Source: Rhodosorus marinus CCMP1338 (lineage: Eukaryota > Plantae > Rhodophyta). Taken from it: a DNA stretch of 64,000 bases. Location of the stretch: positions 248,001 through 312,000 of the forward strand of contig JAMWBK010000007.1 in assembly GCA_029953675.1 (NCBI GenBank). Reading direction: 5' to 3'. Positions 45,356 to 58,609 of the stretch are shown here, piece after piece; within the stretch, counting starts at the first letter, position 1; every line of letters starts with the position of its first letter. Position numbers and translations under genes: made by a program. Below the pieces are notes generated by a model that worked only from the letters and a program-made list of their open reading frames with translations, did no database searches and was not told where the DNA came from.

Positions 45356-48095
45356 CTAAGACGGTGGACGCTCTCAGGCCGACAAACGGCAACCTAACTC
45401 AACCTCAAGAAAGCACAAGCCCCTGCAACCCCTCTCCACCCCCTCCACCCCCCTCCCCCAACAAGCAGCACAAACGCACTCACCCACAAAAACAAAACTA
45501 GCAGAACAAACCGACGCCCGTAAAAGTAAACAGATCAAACCAACAACACCGCATCGTATACTCAACCCTGAATCGGCTACAAACTCTCCACCCCCACCCA
45601 AACAAAACCTCAAAAAACGCAATTCTCGTCCTTAAATCGTAACGAAGAAGAAAGAAAAGAAGAAGAGCGTCTCTCCACTCCAACCCTCTTCCATCTCTCC
45701 CCTCCCACCCCTCCCTCCACAACCCCACCCAACCCCACCCTACCCCACCCCTACCAACCCAACCCTACCACCAAACCCTTCTCCCTGAAACCTTTTCAAC
45801 CCTCAATCATTTGTTATTTAAACGATAGAATTTATCCGACGCGTGTCCGATAAAATTTTCCTCGGTGTCATATATAGACTACTGGAATAAATGTAGAAAA
45901 ATAACCGTACTCCGATTAAAATTCTTCTAAAACCCATGTCCGATTGCTCGTCCGATGAGGCGGTCCGATAAAATTCCTACAATTCAATCAGCGGTCTTCT
46001 AATGATCCATGATCTCCGGCCCAAGTATTGAATCATGATTACTTCTAGACCAGCCAGGCTGTCACTCCTATCTATTGAATGTTGAATACTTCTGAAATAG
46101 ACAAGCTGTCATATCTATTTTTTCTTATGTGTTTTTAGAATATTCAGATCCGAAACAGTGGAAGATTGAATATCAATCAATGTTCTGTGTTGATTGATGA
46201 ATACGGACGTCAATCCAGCGATATTGGACAGGCTTTATTTTTTTTTGCAGCTAACACAGGTTATGCGTATGGTAAGAGATGCACATCCCAATTATTACGA
46301 AATTCATGTCTGATTAATATATATCGGCCTGTCCGATAAATTCGGCTTTTTGGGGGTGGATATGACAAAACTCTATAAATACCCATTTCTCCAGGTTTTG
46401 ATTTTTTTTTTTCCTTTTCTTTTTCTTTTCCGAATCCGAAAAGGAAACCTCCAAAACAAACCAAAACCGATAAATATTGAGCGAAGGTTAGTGGTTTTCT
46501 TCCAATTTTCATATGTCCAGCAAAATTACGGCCTGGGCAATCAAGAGAAGCTTCTGCACTCCCCCTCCCGGCCTAAACAAAGAAGCAATACCGTCGCAGG
46601 AAAAAGACTATTTTATATTCCAGTAATATTGTACCAAAATGAACAAAGAAAAAATGATGTTTTCGCGGATCGACCAACGGCTAAACGTTCAAACCCCTTA
46701 TGAGTTTCGCGGAAAAGGAACTCCCTTAATACCTTTACCATCGAAAGTGTTGATAAAAAACGCACATTCCAATTGGAGACTTTGATAGAGATATCAATCA
46801 TTTCTTGCCGGGGGCCAAAAACATTTCTATTGAACATTACAACGAGAAGGACTCAGTCACTGTTTGCGATAATGATTGCTTTTACACATCTCCATAGTCC
46901 ATGTCATCTAGGGCTTCGTAACCTATCGGGATTGGTTCAGTTTCCTCATTCACTCCCCCACCTGGTACAATCCGTATTGACTGTAGATGTTTTTTTCCGG
47001 GAATAAAAAGTACTTGATTTCTTTTTTCGTTTGTAGACAGATATTCATTGACATGAGAGCTGAGATGGGGGGGAGGGGGGGGAAGGGAATAATTACATTC
47101 GTTGGGAATCCATGAAATCTCCGCATTCTGATCCATGCCTTAAAGGATCTCAGAATCATCCTATTATGGAGCTGCCCTGAAGAAACATCCTTAATCCTAC
47201 CCCCCTAATCTTTCCTAGTTGGGTCCTTAAAACATACGGGACAAGAGGATCCCGCGTTACGACAGGCTGTCTATTGCTCAATAGTGAGGGGCGCCCAGTT
47301 AGTTCGTTGGGACATTTTGGCTCGGTACTACTATTCCTTCCGAGAGTAGATAGTACTTGATTTCTTTGTAGACAGATATTCTTTGCCTGATGACTTGCGC
47401 TATGCCAGTTCACGCGTCTATAGGAGATCAGTCGGACTTGGATGTTCATTTTCATCGCGGATAAGTTCAGGCTTGAGAAGCGCTCACCCCATTGCAATTT
47501 TTGGCTCTCGAATACTGGAACTGTGAAGACCTCAACGACGCAAGGAACTGTACGAGACACCCCTCGCGCGCGGCTACCACACTGCTCCGGACACGCACCA
47601 CAAGGACGATAGAGGATCTGGTCCTTAATTGTTTGCGTGGATTCAGCCAGGAACGCTATTCACGCCCAAGAACTGTCCTAAAGCCACGGAATCGAGCTGA
47701 CGGTCGGATGTCGGGTCTTACCTGTCAAGAGCAACCTGTTCCCTGTCCCTGTACCTTGTTGGCAACCGCTCTGTGTAGCAATTCGAAGGCTACGTTTAGC
47801 CACCTGTGAAGAGCTGCGCAGACGATTGACCAACACAGAGAAACACCAAGCCAATCGGATTCATCTGGTTCGCGGCCATAGCATCCACGAAACTGACGGC
47901 CTTGAAAAACAAAACCATGCAACCCTTCGCGCTAAGGCGGCTGTCACCGCATTCGGAAGAAGCGCGTAGGACCAGCATAAAAGGCGACCGCTATGCTTTA
48001 GTATTACATCTGACATCGATGCTTCTTTTCTCGGAATCAATTCGGAGACGACTCAATTCTACTTTCGCCTGAGTTGATACGGCTATAGCCTGGAC

Positions 48096-49871
48096 TTAGG
48101 CAGTGTACGTGGTGGCATGGACGTTGCCACCGGTCCCAGTCCAGTTGGTATGGAAGTACTCTCCTGCTGGCTTGTCGACTCTCTCGTAGGTGTGTGCACC
48201 GAAGTAGTCGCGTTGGGCTTGAAGCAGACTGGCGGGCAGGGTCTCCGCTCGATATCCATCAAAGAATGATAGCGCAGAAGTGAACGCTGGAACGGGGACT
48301 CCATGCTTTACAGCCAGTCCAACAGTTGAGCGCCATCCGCTCTGTGCATTTTCAATCGCATCCTATCGCGGTCATGAAAAACATTAGCATCGTCAGTACT
48401 CTTCAACAATCCCAAAAGATTATCGCTTGAAGGTCCTACCTTGAAGAATTTGTCCAGCAGAAGGTTGGTCAGCTTGGGGTTTGCCTTGAACGCGTTTCTA
48501 ATGTCACCTAGGAACTTGGAGCGGATGATGCATCCTCCCCTCCACATGAGCGCGATTCCACCGTAGTTAAGGTTCCAGTCGAACTCCTTGGCGGCCTCAC
48601 GGAGCAACATGTAGCCTTGAGCATAGGATATGATCTTGGAAGCGTACAGGGCATCCTCGATTGCCTTCGGAAATGGATAAACGGGATTTAGAACCTGCCT
48701 TCAAATAGAGGGTTTCATGGTGAAGACCATGATCGCACCTTCAGCAAGCCAGCATCAGCCTTCTCCACGGGAACGTCAGGTCCAGACAGATACTTGGACG
48801 CTTCAACACGCTCAGCCTTCATCGAAGACAGAGCGCGGGCGAATACAGCCTCTCCAATCAGCGTCACGGGTGTACCTGATAGAGAGGTCCAAAGCCGGTT
48901 GTCGCAGTCAGCTTTCAGGCTAAAAGAGGCACCAAGCCGCTGCGATTTGGGGCTTACCGAACTCCAGCGCAGATTGAGCAGTCCATTTTCCAGTGCCTTT
49001 CTGGCCTGCTTTGTCCATGATCTTTGTGACGAGCGTATCACCGTCCTCCTTGTAGGCGAGGATGTTGGCGGTGATTTCAATGAGGTAGGAATCCAAAACA
49101 CCCTTGTTCCACTCCTTGAACTGTTCTGCGCATTCGTCGTTGGACATTCCGAGAACGTTGGTCATCAGGCTGTATGCCTCGCAGATGAGCTGCATATCTC
49201 CGTACTCAATGCCGTTGTGAACCTAGGTCGAGATCAACAAAAAAGAACGCATGGGTGTGAACGGAACAGACGACGAGAGATAGGAGATGAACGTGTGCCG
49301 CACAGGAACTCACCATCTTGACGTAGTGGCCAGCTCCGTTCTCACCAACCCACTCACAGCAAGGCTCGCCGTCGCTCTTCGCAGAGACCGCCTGGAAAAT
49401 TTCCTGGATGGCAGGCCAGGCAGCTGTAGAGCCACCAGGCATCAGTGATGGGCCATACCTTGCGCCTTCCTCACCACCAGAAACGCCGGATCCAACGAAC
49501 AGGAATCCCTTCTCCTCAACATACTTCGTCCTTCGGATCGAGTCTGGGTAATGAGAGTTTCCGCCATCAATGATGATATCACCAGCTTCCAGATGCGGGA
49601 AGAGCAGTTCCATGAAGTCATCAACTGCCTTTCCAGCCTTCACGAGCAACATCACCCTCCTCGGCCTCTTCAACTTAGAGCACAGATCAGCGATTGACTC
49701 CGATCCTACCACATTCGTCCCCTTCGCCTCGTTCTCCAAAAAGGCGCTGACCTTGGACACCGTCCTGTTGAAAACGACCACCGTAAACCCGTGATCGTTC
49801 ATGTTCAGAACCAAGTTCTGACCCATCACCGCCAGTCCAATCAAACCGAAATCACCAACAGGCTCCGCCAT
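48096..49871 (-). CDS. gnd: 6-phosphogluconate dehydrogenase, decarboxylating (cytosolic, host-type)
   Basis: [97 protein letters not shown]; several introns; TAA 48096-48098. Confidence 0.95.
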
Positions 49872-52321
49872 CTCGTCTTTCAAGCAGCAACAAGAAAAAA
49901 AGTAAACGAAAACCTCCGAAAATTCAAAATTTATAACACTGCCGTCCCTCTCCTCACATTCTCACTGCGCATACAGATCCTCCTCTCTCTTCACCTAAAA
50001 CGCTTTGTATGCTTCCCGTCCGCCTCTCTCTGTCTTTCTCTCTCCTCTCCTCCCAATTGACAATCACAATCCGGAGTTTTCACATCCAACCCTACCGTAC
50101 CGTTGATCAATCAATATTACAAAACAGTATATTGAAATATACTTCATTTTTATCTACAGCTGTCCTACAGTTGATTGAGGAGGTTTTTTCTTTCAATATT
50201 GCTTCTGCGCACACCTACCCCTCTAACCGCGTAAAAAGCACACGTACAATCCATCGCTGTCTCCAAATCAGGGAAGAGAGGGGGTAATACTTGGCGTCCC
50301 ATGAAAATGTATTTTTATATATAGGGGTTAACTAACTAACCAGAACTCTATTTAAGTTTTGGGAATTTTTATGGGCTTCTCATATTGTGTTCGTCTATAT
50401 AGAGGGGTTCAGTGTTGCCTGACATAGCTCCATGTCTGTTGTGTTTTTAGGGGGGTTGAACTATGGTTTTGATATTGTAATTTGGCTTTTGTGAGGTTTC
50501 TGGAGGAGGGGGTTGGCTCGTCTCTGTTTTTTCGGATCTGTTACAACTTTGAAAGAATTTCGATTTTTCAGCGTTTTCATGTCCAGTACAGAGATTTTCT
50601 TCTCGATTTCCGCCGTGCAGGTAATTTACGATACAGGGACAATATTTACAAGTACAAGTACTAGATATTTTGAGTAAAACTAACTCTATATCTGTTTTAT
50701 GTCCTCACTGTAGTAAAAAAATGGATACGCCAATATCTTTTTCGACAGCGTTCCCACGATCGCGAGAGCGTCCTAAAGTTTTGGAAATATTGGAAAATAT
50801 CCTTTGGCGCACAAGGATGGGATCCGACGTGAATGGTATTTCGCCGGTCCGAAATTGCTATGATTCGGATTTGAAAGACTATGTCAACGGATTTCCGGCG
50901 GCCGGTGGTAAAAGTACAGCATTCCGACGGACGCCTGGTGTTGAAGAGGAAGGGTTTGAATCCGGAGCGAACAAAGTCCGGCCCCAAGATACCTCACAAC
51001 TGTTGAAATGCGAAGATAACTTCTGTAACTGCCTCAATCCGCGTAACCCCCCATGTTTTCTTAGATCTCGATCCCCATGGGTAGAGGGACGCTAGCACGT
51101 CCCGGCCCAGGCGCAACCTGCTCGAACAAGTTTCCTTCGCCTCAGTGAGGGTTTTACCGTGAAACTAACAACCCCGGGTGGTTTTTTTTTTGTTTTTCGC
51201 GTGTTTGGATCGGCTCTTCCTCTCTCTCTTCCCACTCGCTTTTTTTCGTCTTCTGTGGATAGTGACTGTTTGTGATCAGAGACCACATCCCTGTGAGGGA
51301 GGAAACTGAAACTTGGTCTGGCAGGTTGCGCCTACCCATGGATCGAGATCAGCCGATAACCAGACCCGCGCATATCCGTGTTTTGTCCATATTGAGTGAA
51401 AAGGAGCTGGGGCTGTTCACGGCAGGTTCCAACTGTACTGTACTATGCACAAGGAACGTGTCTGTTCTTGAAAGAAGTTCAGGCTCATGGATTCTGCAGC
51501 CTTGTCGTCAGTGGACAACCACCGCCGTGTCGCCTAAATCCTGACCTTGCGTCTCTCGATCTTCTTACCGATAAACCCGGGAGCTTAGGCCTCAGTTACC
51601 ACCCAGGCATCTCACCTCGAGCACGTAAAACCATCCGGCCTCCACCAAAACCTCCTCCAACCCCCCTCTTCCTTTCCAAGGTTGAGCACATTTCACCTCA
51701 TCCGCCAATCTCAACATTCATTGGCTTCATCATACTCAATTTTTAACTTAAAAAGGGGCTAAATCCACATCCAACCAACCATTACCCGAAAAACTCACAA
51801 ACGCGATCTACCGTATCCAATCAATACGTGTTTCTCCAAAACCATTGTCCAATCCATATCCTCCAAATTCCGATTTCTAATGCACGTGGTTTTTTGATAA
51901 TAGGGTTCAATCAATACAAAAATCAACTCTGACGATAAGTGGCTATAAAATGATTGATGATATTTTTAATTGGATAAAGCATGTATAATGATTTGTAGGA
52001 GATATTTACTGTCTTTTAGATGTTTTTAAGAAGAAACTTTTGAGGCAGCGTGGAGGAGGGGCGTTTTCGTCAAATGGGGATACTGGAAACTGCTCCGGTG
52101 CTTTGCAGGACGAGATAAGAAGAGCAGTGGAAGTTTCGTTCAGGGGTTGGGCAGGGTGAGGGAGGAGGGGAGGAGGAGTGGTAGAAGTTGAAGATTTGCT
52201 AAGAAGAAGCTTGTAAAAACAGGGCAGGGGAGTTAAAGGGTGAGGGGGAGATTTTTTCTGGGATTTTTTTTTTTGCCGAATCTTCTGGCCTTCTTGTCTT
52301 ACGGGTGAGGCGTTTTGAAGG

Positions 52322-54286
52322 ATGGATTTGAGTGGTAAGGGGGCACCTTTAACTCGGCATGGGTCGAATCCTGACTTGACAGTGATTGACGATGAGAACG
52401 CTCGGGTGAAGGAGTTTAAGGATCCGACCACGATCGTCGTGGTTGGGGCGTCTGGTGATCTCGCGCACAAGAAGACGTTCCCGGCTCTGTTCTCGCTGTA
52501 CTATCATGGCTTGCTCCCCCAGAGGTTTCATATTGTCGGGTACGCGAGGAAAGCACTGGACTTGGAAGGCTGGAGATCGAATATTCTACTCAATCTGGCG
52601 TGCAGAGTGCTCGATCAGAAGGACTGCGCCACAAAGATGGAGGAGTTTATCGAGAGACTGTCTTACATGTCTGGCCAGTACGACAGTGCGGAGGACTTTG
52701 CTAAACTCGATGCCTACCTCGAAGATCTCGAGGATAGGCAACCGACTGGAAGACTTTTCTACCTAGCGATTCCCCCGAACGTAGGCATTGACTGTCAGTC
52801 GATCTTTGCTGTATCCTCATAGGCAAGGCCTGACTGAGATGCTCCTCTGGTGGCATCTCGTACACAGGTTTTCGGTTCGGCAATGGGCAGCATCAAAGCC
52901 TCGGCAGTCGCAAAGAATGCATGGACCAGAGTCGTTGTCGAAAAGCCCTTCGGACGCGATACTGAGTCGTACATGGAGTTGCGCGATCAATGCGCAGCGC
53001 ACTTTCAGGAAGAGCAACTCTATCGAATCGATCACTACGTCGGGAAGGTACGGAACAGGCCGAGGAAAACCAACATCGTTCTTGGTGACAGAATAGCGTT
53101 GGCTTGTTGCTGAGGTACTCATTCCTTTGTCCCCTCTGTGGATCCAACTTACCAGGAAGTGGTCCAGAATATGGTTGTGCTGCGGTTTGCTAACTTTATA
53201 TTCGAGCAACTGTGGTGTAAGGAGAATATAAGGGATATGCACATTATCTTCGAAGAAAACTTCGGAACAGAGGGGCGAGCTGGGTACTTTGACCAGTTTG
53301 GAATTATCCGCGACATCATGCAGAATCATCTGTTGCAAGTGCTTGCCTACCTCACTATGGAGCGTCCAAAGTCGCTCCACGCTGCGGATATCAATCGGGT
53401 ACGGACCGCACTGGGAGAAGTCGACGAATTTTCAAACTAAACATCGCCTGCCCGAACTTACCTAGCGTGTTGCCCGTGAACGAACAGGTCAAGACGAAGC
53501 TTCTCTCAGAGATTATGCCTCTCAAAGCGAAGGACTTTGTAGTGGGTCAGTACGAAGGGTACCGAGAGGAAGATGGAGTACCGGAGGGCTCGGTCACTCC
53601 AACATTTGCTGCTTGCGTTATGTACATCAACAACCAACAGTGGGAGGGAGTCCCTTTCTTCCTTACCGCGGGAAAGAACCTTCACAACCGCAAGGCTGAG
53701 GTCCGTGTCCGCTTCAAGAAGGGCCACAGTATGGACTTTTTCCCCGGTGAAGAGGTAGGTCTGCAGTACACCACTAAGATGTGCTTCAGTATGATTCTAA
53801 GGGTTGTCTTGTGGGGTCTTGAAAAACAGGTCGGCAATGAAATCATCATTCGCATCCAACCGGATGAAGCTGTAAGCCTCCGCGTCGTGAATAAGGTTCC
53901 TGGCTTGGCGAAGGATCTGGCATATACGAGCCTGGATCTCCTGTACAAGGATGCGTTCGAGAAGGAGAGCAAGGACATTGCCGATGCGTACGAGAGGCTT
54001 ATTTTGGACGCGATCCATGGAGAAAAATCCCTCTTCGTTCACGACGAGCAGCTCAGAATCTCGTGGGAGCTGTTCACGCCTGCCCTGAAAGAGCTAGAAT
54101 CCGAAGATAGCCCGGTAAGAGCATTGCGTGCGAAATTTTTGAGTAGAAAAGAGTCTGATTTGGCCATGTCACTAACCCCGATATGTTCCGGTTTAGGTCA
54201 AACCTGTTTTATATACGCCTGGTACGAAGGGACCACCTGAAGCCGATGATCTTCGGCATATTCACAGGGCTATGGTTGAGCCCTAG
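52322..54286 (+). CDS. G6PD: Glucose-6-phosphate dehydrogenase (cytosolic)
   Basis: [70 protein letters not shown]; multiple introns; last exon VKPVLYTPG...VEP*. Confidence 0.95.
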
Positions 54287-54517
54287 AATGGAAGGCGAAC
54301 TTGTATGTTTTCTCGATTGGTGTATTGAAGTAGGACTACAGGGGCAGAGCGAGAAAGGAGGACCTTGGGAGGTGCATTCATATTAAACAGCTGGCTAACG
54401 ATACATTGACCGATTTCCTGACCTTCACAAGGTCATTTTTGCTCGCGTTGGGGAATGACACTTCGCATGGTACCCTCTATCAATAGCAGAGGGGGGGTCG
54501 AATGCTCTTCCTGCTTC

Positions 54518-56822
54518 TTACGGAGTTAGTCGATTAGGATCGCGAGGGAACATAGAAGTTTCTCTAATGTTCCCAACAGATAAGAAGAGCATGACCACTC
54601 TCTCCAGACCCACACCACAACCCCCGTGTGGGGGAGCGCCGAACTTAAATGCGTCGATGTAATCACGAACCGTCTCCACCTGTACGCAATTGGGTTTGAG
54701 GTTGCTCGGGTTCAGTTGATGACATAAAACAAACGTGAGTGTTGCTATCCACGGGACCAATGATTTTTATTACCTCTATCCCCAGAGCCTTAATTTTCTC
54801 TTCGAGAATCTTCATGTCGTGCACCCTTTGGGCGCCAGAAAGGATTTCCTCGCCTCGCATGAACACATCGAACGAGTTGGAGTACCTCGGGTCCTCCGGA
54901 TCCGGCATTGTGTAGAAGGGTCTTATCGCAGACGGATACCTGTTCAATGACAACAGCAGTTCGCAGCAATGAGATGGTTTCAAATCAAGACAGCTGAAAA
55001 TCCACTGGAGTTCCTACTTGCTCATCGTAGTGCAGTCCTCACCTCGGCATTAGGAAGAAGTCTGTATCATACTTGGCTTTGACCAGCTCTCCAAGCTTCC
55101 TCTCAGATTCTGTGTCAAGATCATCAAAATCTCCAATCTCGACGCCGCTCTCTCGCAGCATCGCGATGCCCTCTGGGAACTGAATCACCAAGTTTTCTCC
55201 TGCAGAGGAAAACAGATGCAACGATACCTTAGTCGCAGCCCCCGGAAGACCAAGTACAGCTTAACCGACTATTCTTACCAGACGGCCGATATTTGAACGG
55301 CTCGAACGGATACTGCCTCTGCACTGCCTCAATCTCCGCCGCGTATCTGCTGCTCAGACCATCAAAGATCGCTGTAAAACAGCCGTCAATCATTCGAAGC
55401 ACCTCGTAATAGTGCTCGTCGATCGCCATCTCAAAGTCCAGCCCCGTGAACTCGCAGAGATGGCGATGAGTGTCGGAATTTTCAGCCCTGAATACCGGTC
55501 CAATCTATCCGCGGATCAAAGAGCAAGATCAATCTTGATAAGTGCACGGCCGATACAAAAGGGGGGGGGGTAAGGGGAGGATTCTGGTTAGAATCCTCCC
55601 CCTTCTTGTTCAGAACAGGGGTGACATCGTAAAACTCCAAAACAGGGGATTTCCCTAAAAGGACTCTTGTTACCTCAAATACACGCTCCATATCCCCACA
55701 GATCGCCATCTGCTTGTACAGCTGCGGGCTCTGCGCCAGACACGCAGGGTTCTTAAAGTACTCCAGATGGAACACATTCGCCCCCCCTTCAGACGCTCCA
55801 GCAATCAGCTTCGGCGAATGGATCTCAGTGAACCCATGTCCATCCAAGAACTCCCTGAACAGCTGGCACACACCTGACACAAAGCCATTCCAATCCCCAA
55901 ATCAGCCAGCAAGAAAAGAAAATTAACGAGGACAGCCTGTCATCCTGACTCCGGAGCCGGTTGTGTTCTCACATCAGTCTACATCGAAGGACAGTCTGTC
56001 CCTGTCGATGCCACGGGTGATCTTTCTTGGGAAGCTGGATGGGTCCTTACCTGATTGTATTCTGAAGATTGCTTGATGTGCTTGGACTCTGAGGTCAACG
56101 ATCCTAGCATCGAGTCTTGTTTTTCTGTCGACGTGAACGCCCTCCTCTTGGGCGGGTCGTGCGGCGTCGTCGGGGAGGAAGGGGAGGGGCTGTGCGGCCT
56201 TGCTGACGACGTAGAGCCTCTGGACTGCGATTTCGATGGCGTTCTGGGTACACGATTTGACTTCCGAGGCGACGATCTGGCCTTGAACGTCGATCACGGA
56301 TTCGGTGGTTATGTTCCTCAGTGCCCACTTGATCATCTCCCGAGGAATCGTATCGGAGGGGCTAAGCACAGCCTGTGCGCTTGAGGTCTTCTGTCGGAGG
56401 ATGAGAAACGCGTTCTTCGCTACCGCCCGGACGTTGTGAAGTCGAGCTCTGATCCACAGCTGTTTCCCAATCTGGGACGCGTCGAGTGCCTCTACTTTAG
56501 TAAATTTCCTCCCCGAGCCCGTCTTTGCGCACCTGCTCTGGATCAGCTTGTAGTCACCATAAACTTGTTCGGGCTCCTTCGACGAATCCAGATATTCTAC
56601 GTCATCCACTCTAGCGCTTTCAGCAAGGCTCACGGCAGCCGCTGCAGCGGCCGCCTTGCGTTCCTTCTTTTTCGCCTTCTCAATCTCCTTCATCTTCTTC
56701 CTCGCCTCGCGCACCACCTTCTTATCCTCGGCGGTCATATCCTCCGGCATCTCCCTCTCCGCAATCGCCCGGATCTCCGCCTCCATCTCCGCCGTCCACT
56801 CCGTTCCGGCAATCCCCGCCAT
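54518..56822 (-). CDS. DARS: Aspartyl-tRNA synthetase, cytosolic eukaryotic type
   Basis: Lys-rich N-extension, OB fold ([11 protein letters not shown]), [79 protein letters not shown]; multi-exon. Confidence 0.95.
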
Positions 56823-58609
56823 CCTGATCCCCCGGTAACCAAACCAAAAACAGCTTCTCCTACTCTCACTCCAGACAGACCTCAACAACATACCATCACC
56901 TTCCTCACCATCCTTAACCCATTAAGTCCTCAACCACAACAAACCAACAACTCAAAAAAAAAAAAAACTCTCCAATCCGCCTCTCTACAGCGCTATACCA
57001 AAGAAATTTCACCAACGCGAAGAAATAAGCATCCTTTTCATTGCCATTGATCAAATCAAGGACGTAGAGCTCCGCGTGCACCCTCCTCAACGAACAAAGG
57101 AGACAGTCAGAGATGATACCTCTCGCAAACGATATTCTTCCATCAGAGACGGTTAGCCATGTTGCCACTTTGTGAGTTGCTTCCCAATGTGGGAATGGAT
57201 GTTCAACTTTTGCAAATTCTCTTTTTTTGCTTCGGTGGAAGAGACCGTCTTTCAGGTATTCTTCTGTTACCCTGAAGAGGACTTTATTCCAAATGCTTTC
57301 CAACTGACTCTAGCCAACCCTGTGGAGCTTGAACGGGTTTCCTGGTAAGTCCAGGAAGCGCCACAGCAGAGTGGTGGTGGAAACTTTAGAAGGCTGAAGT
57401 CTTTGAACACCGCTTTGGTTGCTGCTGTTGATGCTTTCACGCCACCCAGTGGACAGACTGGAACTTTCGTCTCATCCATACTCCATTGCGGATAACGAAT
57501 AAGAATAGAATAGAATGAATAGACTGTTCGTCTGTTAAGTGGATACGTGAGATGGGTTCAGAACGTTGTGACGGACATTGGTGCGATTGAATTCTGTCGG
57601 GATGGTCGCGGAGGTTAGATATCGTCCAGTACGGCTCTCTGATGACGTTTACGCAACGGATCTAGAAGAAGACGTTATCCCAACTGCTTCGAACTGGACA
57701 GTTTCGTACAGCGAAGCTACACGGAGTTCTATGGTTCTGTGATCGCATACACAGCGAACACACCATTGCAGGGCTTCGAAACGTTGACGTCTCTGAAGCT
57801 CCTCGAAAAGGAGAGACTATCGTCTTTTGGAACGTGATCAACACCAACCCTTCGCTCAACAACCGCTTTTTCGGAATCCTTCTGGGCTGTGGCTTAGGAA
57901 GAAGATTTCTTCTCCGCAGCGCCACCTCCCGATGAGGTCGTTCGCGACGGCCGAGGTATGCTGTTGAGGACAGCCCATACCACACTACGTCATTGACAAG
58001 AGGAAATGATTTTATATATACATCCTGACTTTTCTTCAAATTATATCAAGAGAAACAAAAAACAAACTTTTTCACGTTTCCAAGGCACCGCGATTCCTCA
58101 AAGAGCAGCCGTGGAGGTGAAGTGGGTAGGAGAACATTGAGTCAAGAAGCGCAGCCGAGAATAAAAAAAATATATCTAGCACACACTCGTATACCACCAG
58201 ACCACATGGTGCAGACATATCTTCAATCCATAGACCTGGTGGTACGACTACAAACGCTTCTTTCCCGTCCTCAAACGCCTATCCTCTTCACCCCACCAAA
58301 AAAAACACAAACCGCTCCAGAATCGTGCTGAGAATTGAAATATTTACGACGATATGTACTGTGGCTCGACAACGCTATTTTCTCTTCTACTACTTACATG
58401 AGACTTCCACAACTGATTCAAAATAGATCAGCGCTGAAGTCACTACTTCTCCCACCCTCAGGTAGCCCGACCAAGCTTCAATTAGCGCAGGTCCAAGACT
58501 CTCCCTTTTCAAGCTTTCCAAATTTTTCCTTCCTTCCTTCGGCTCCGGGCTCTTTTCCTCTATTCTTCCCTCGTTCCCCAGTCTACGGCCTCGCCATTTC
58601 TTGACCAGC

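Noticed and set aside
50670-51095. 141-aa ORF between 6PGD and G6PD
   Set aside because: TTG start, no motif, composition not clearly coding.
56914-58039. ORFs of 129, 70 and 125 aa between AspRS and the MYB gene
   Set aside because: No recognisable family motifs and no closable exon chain.
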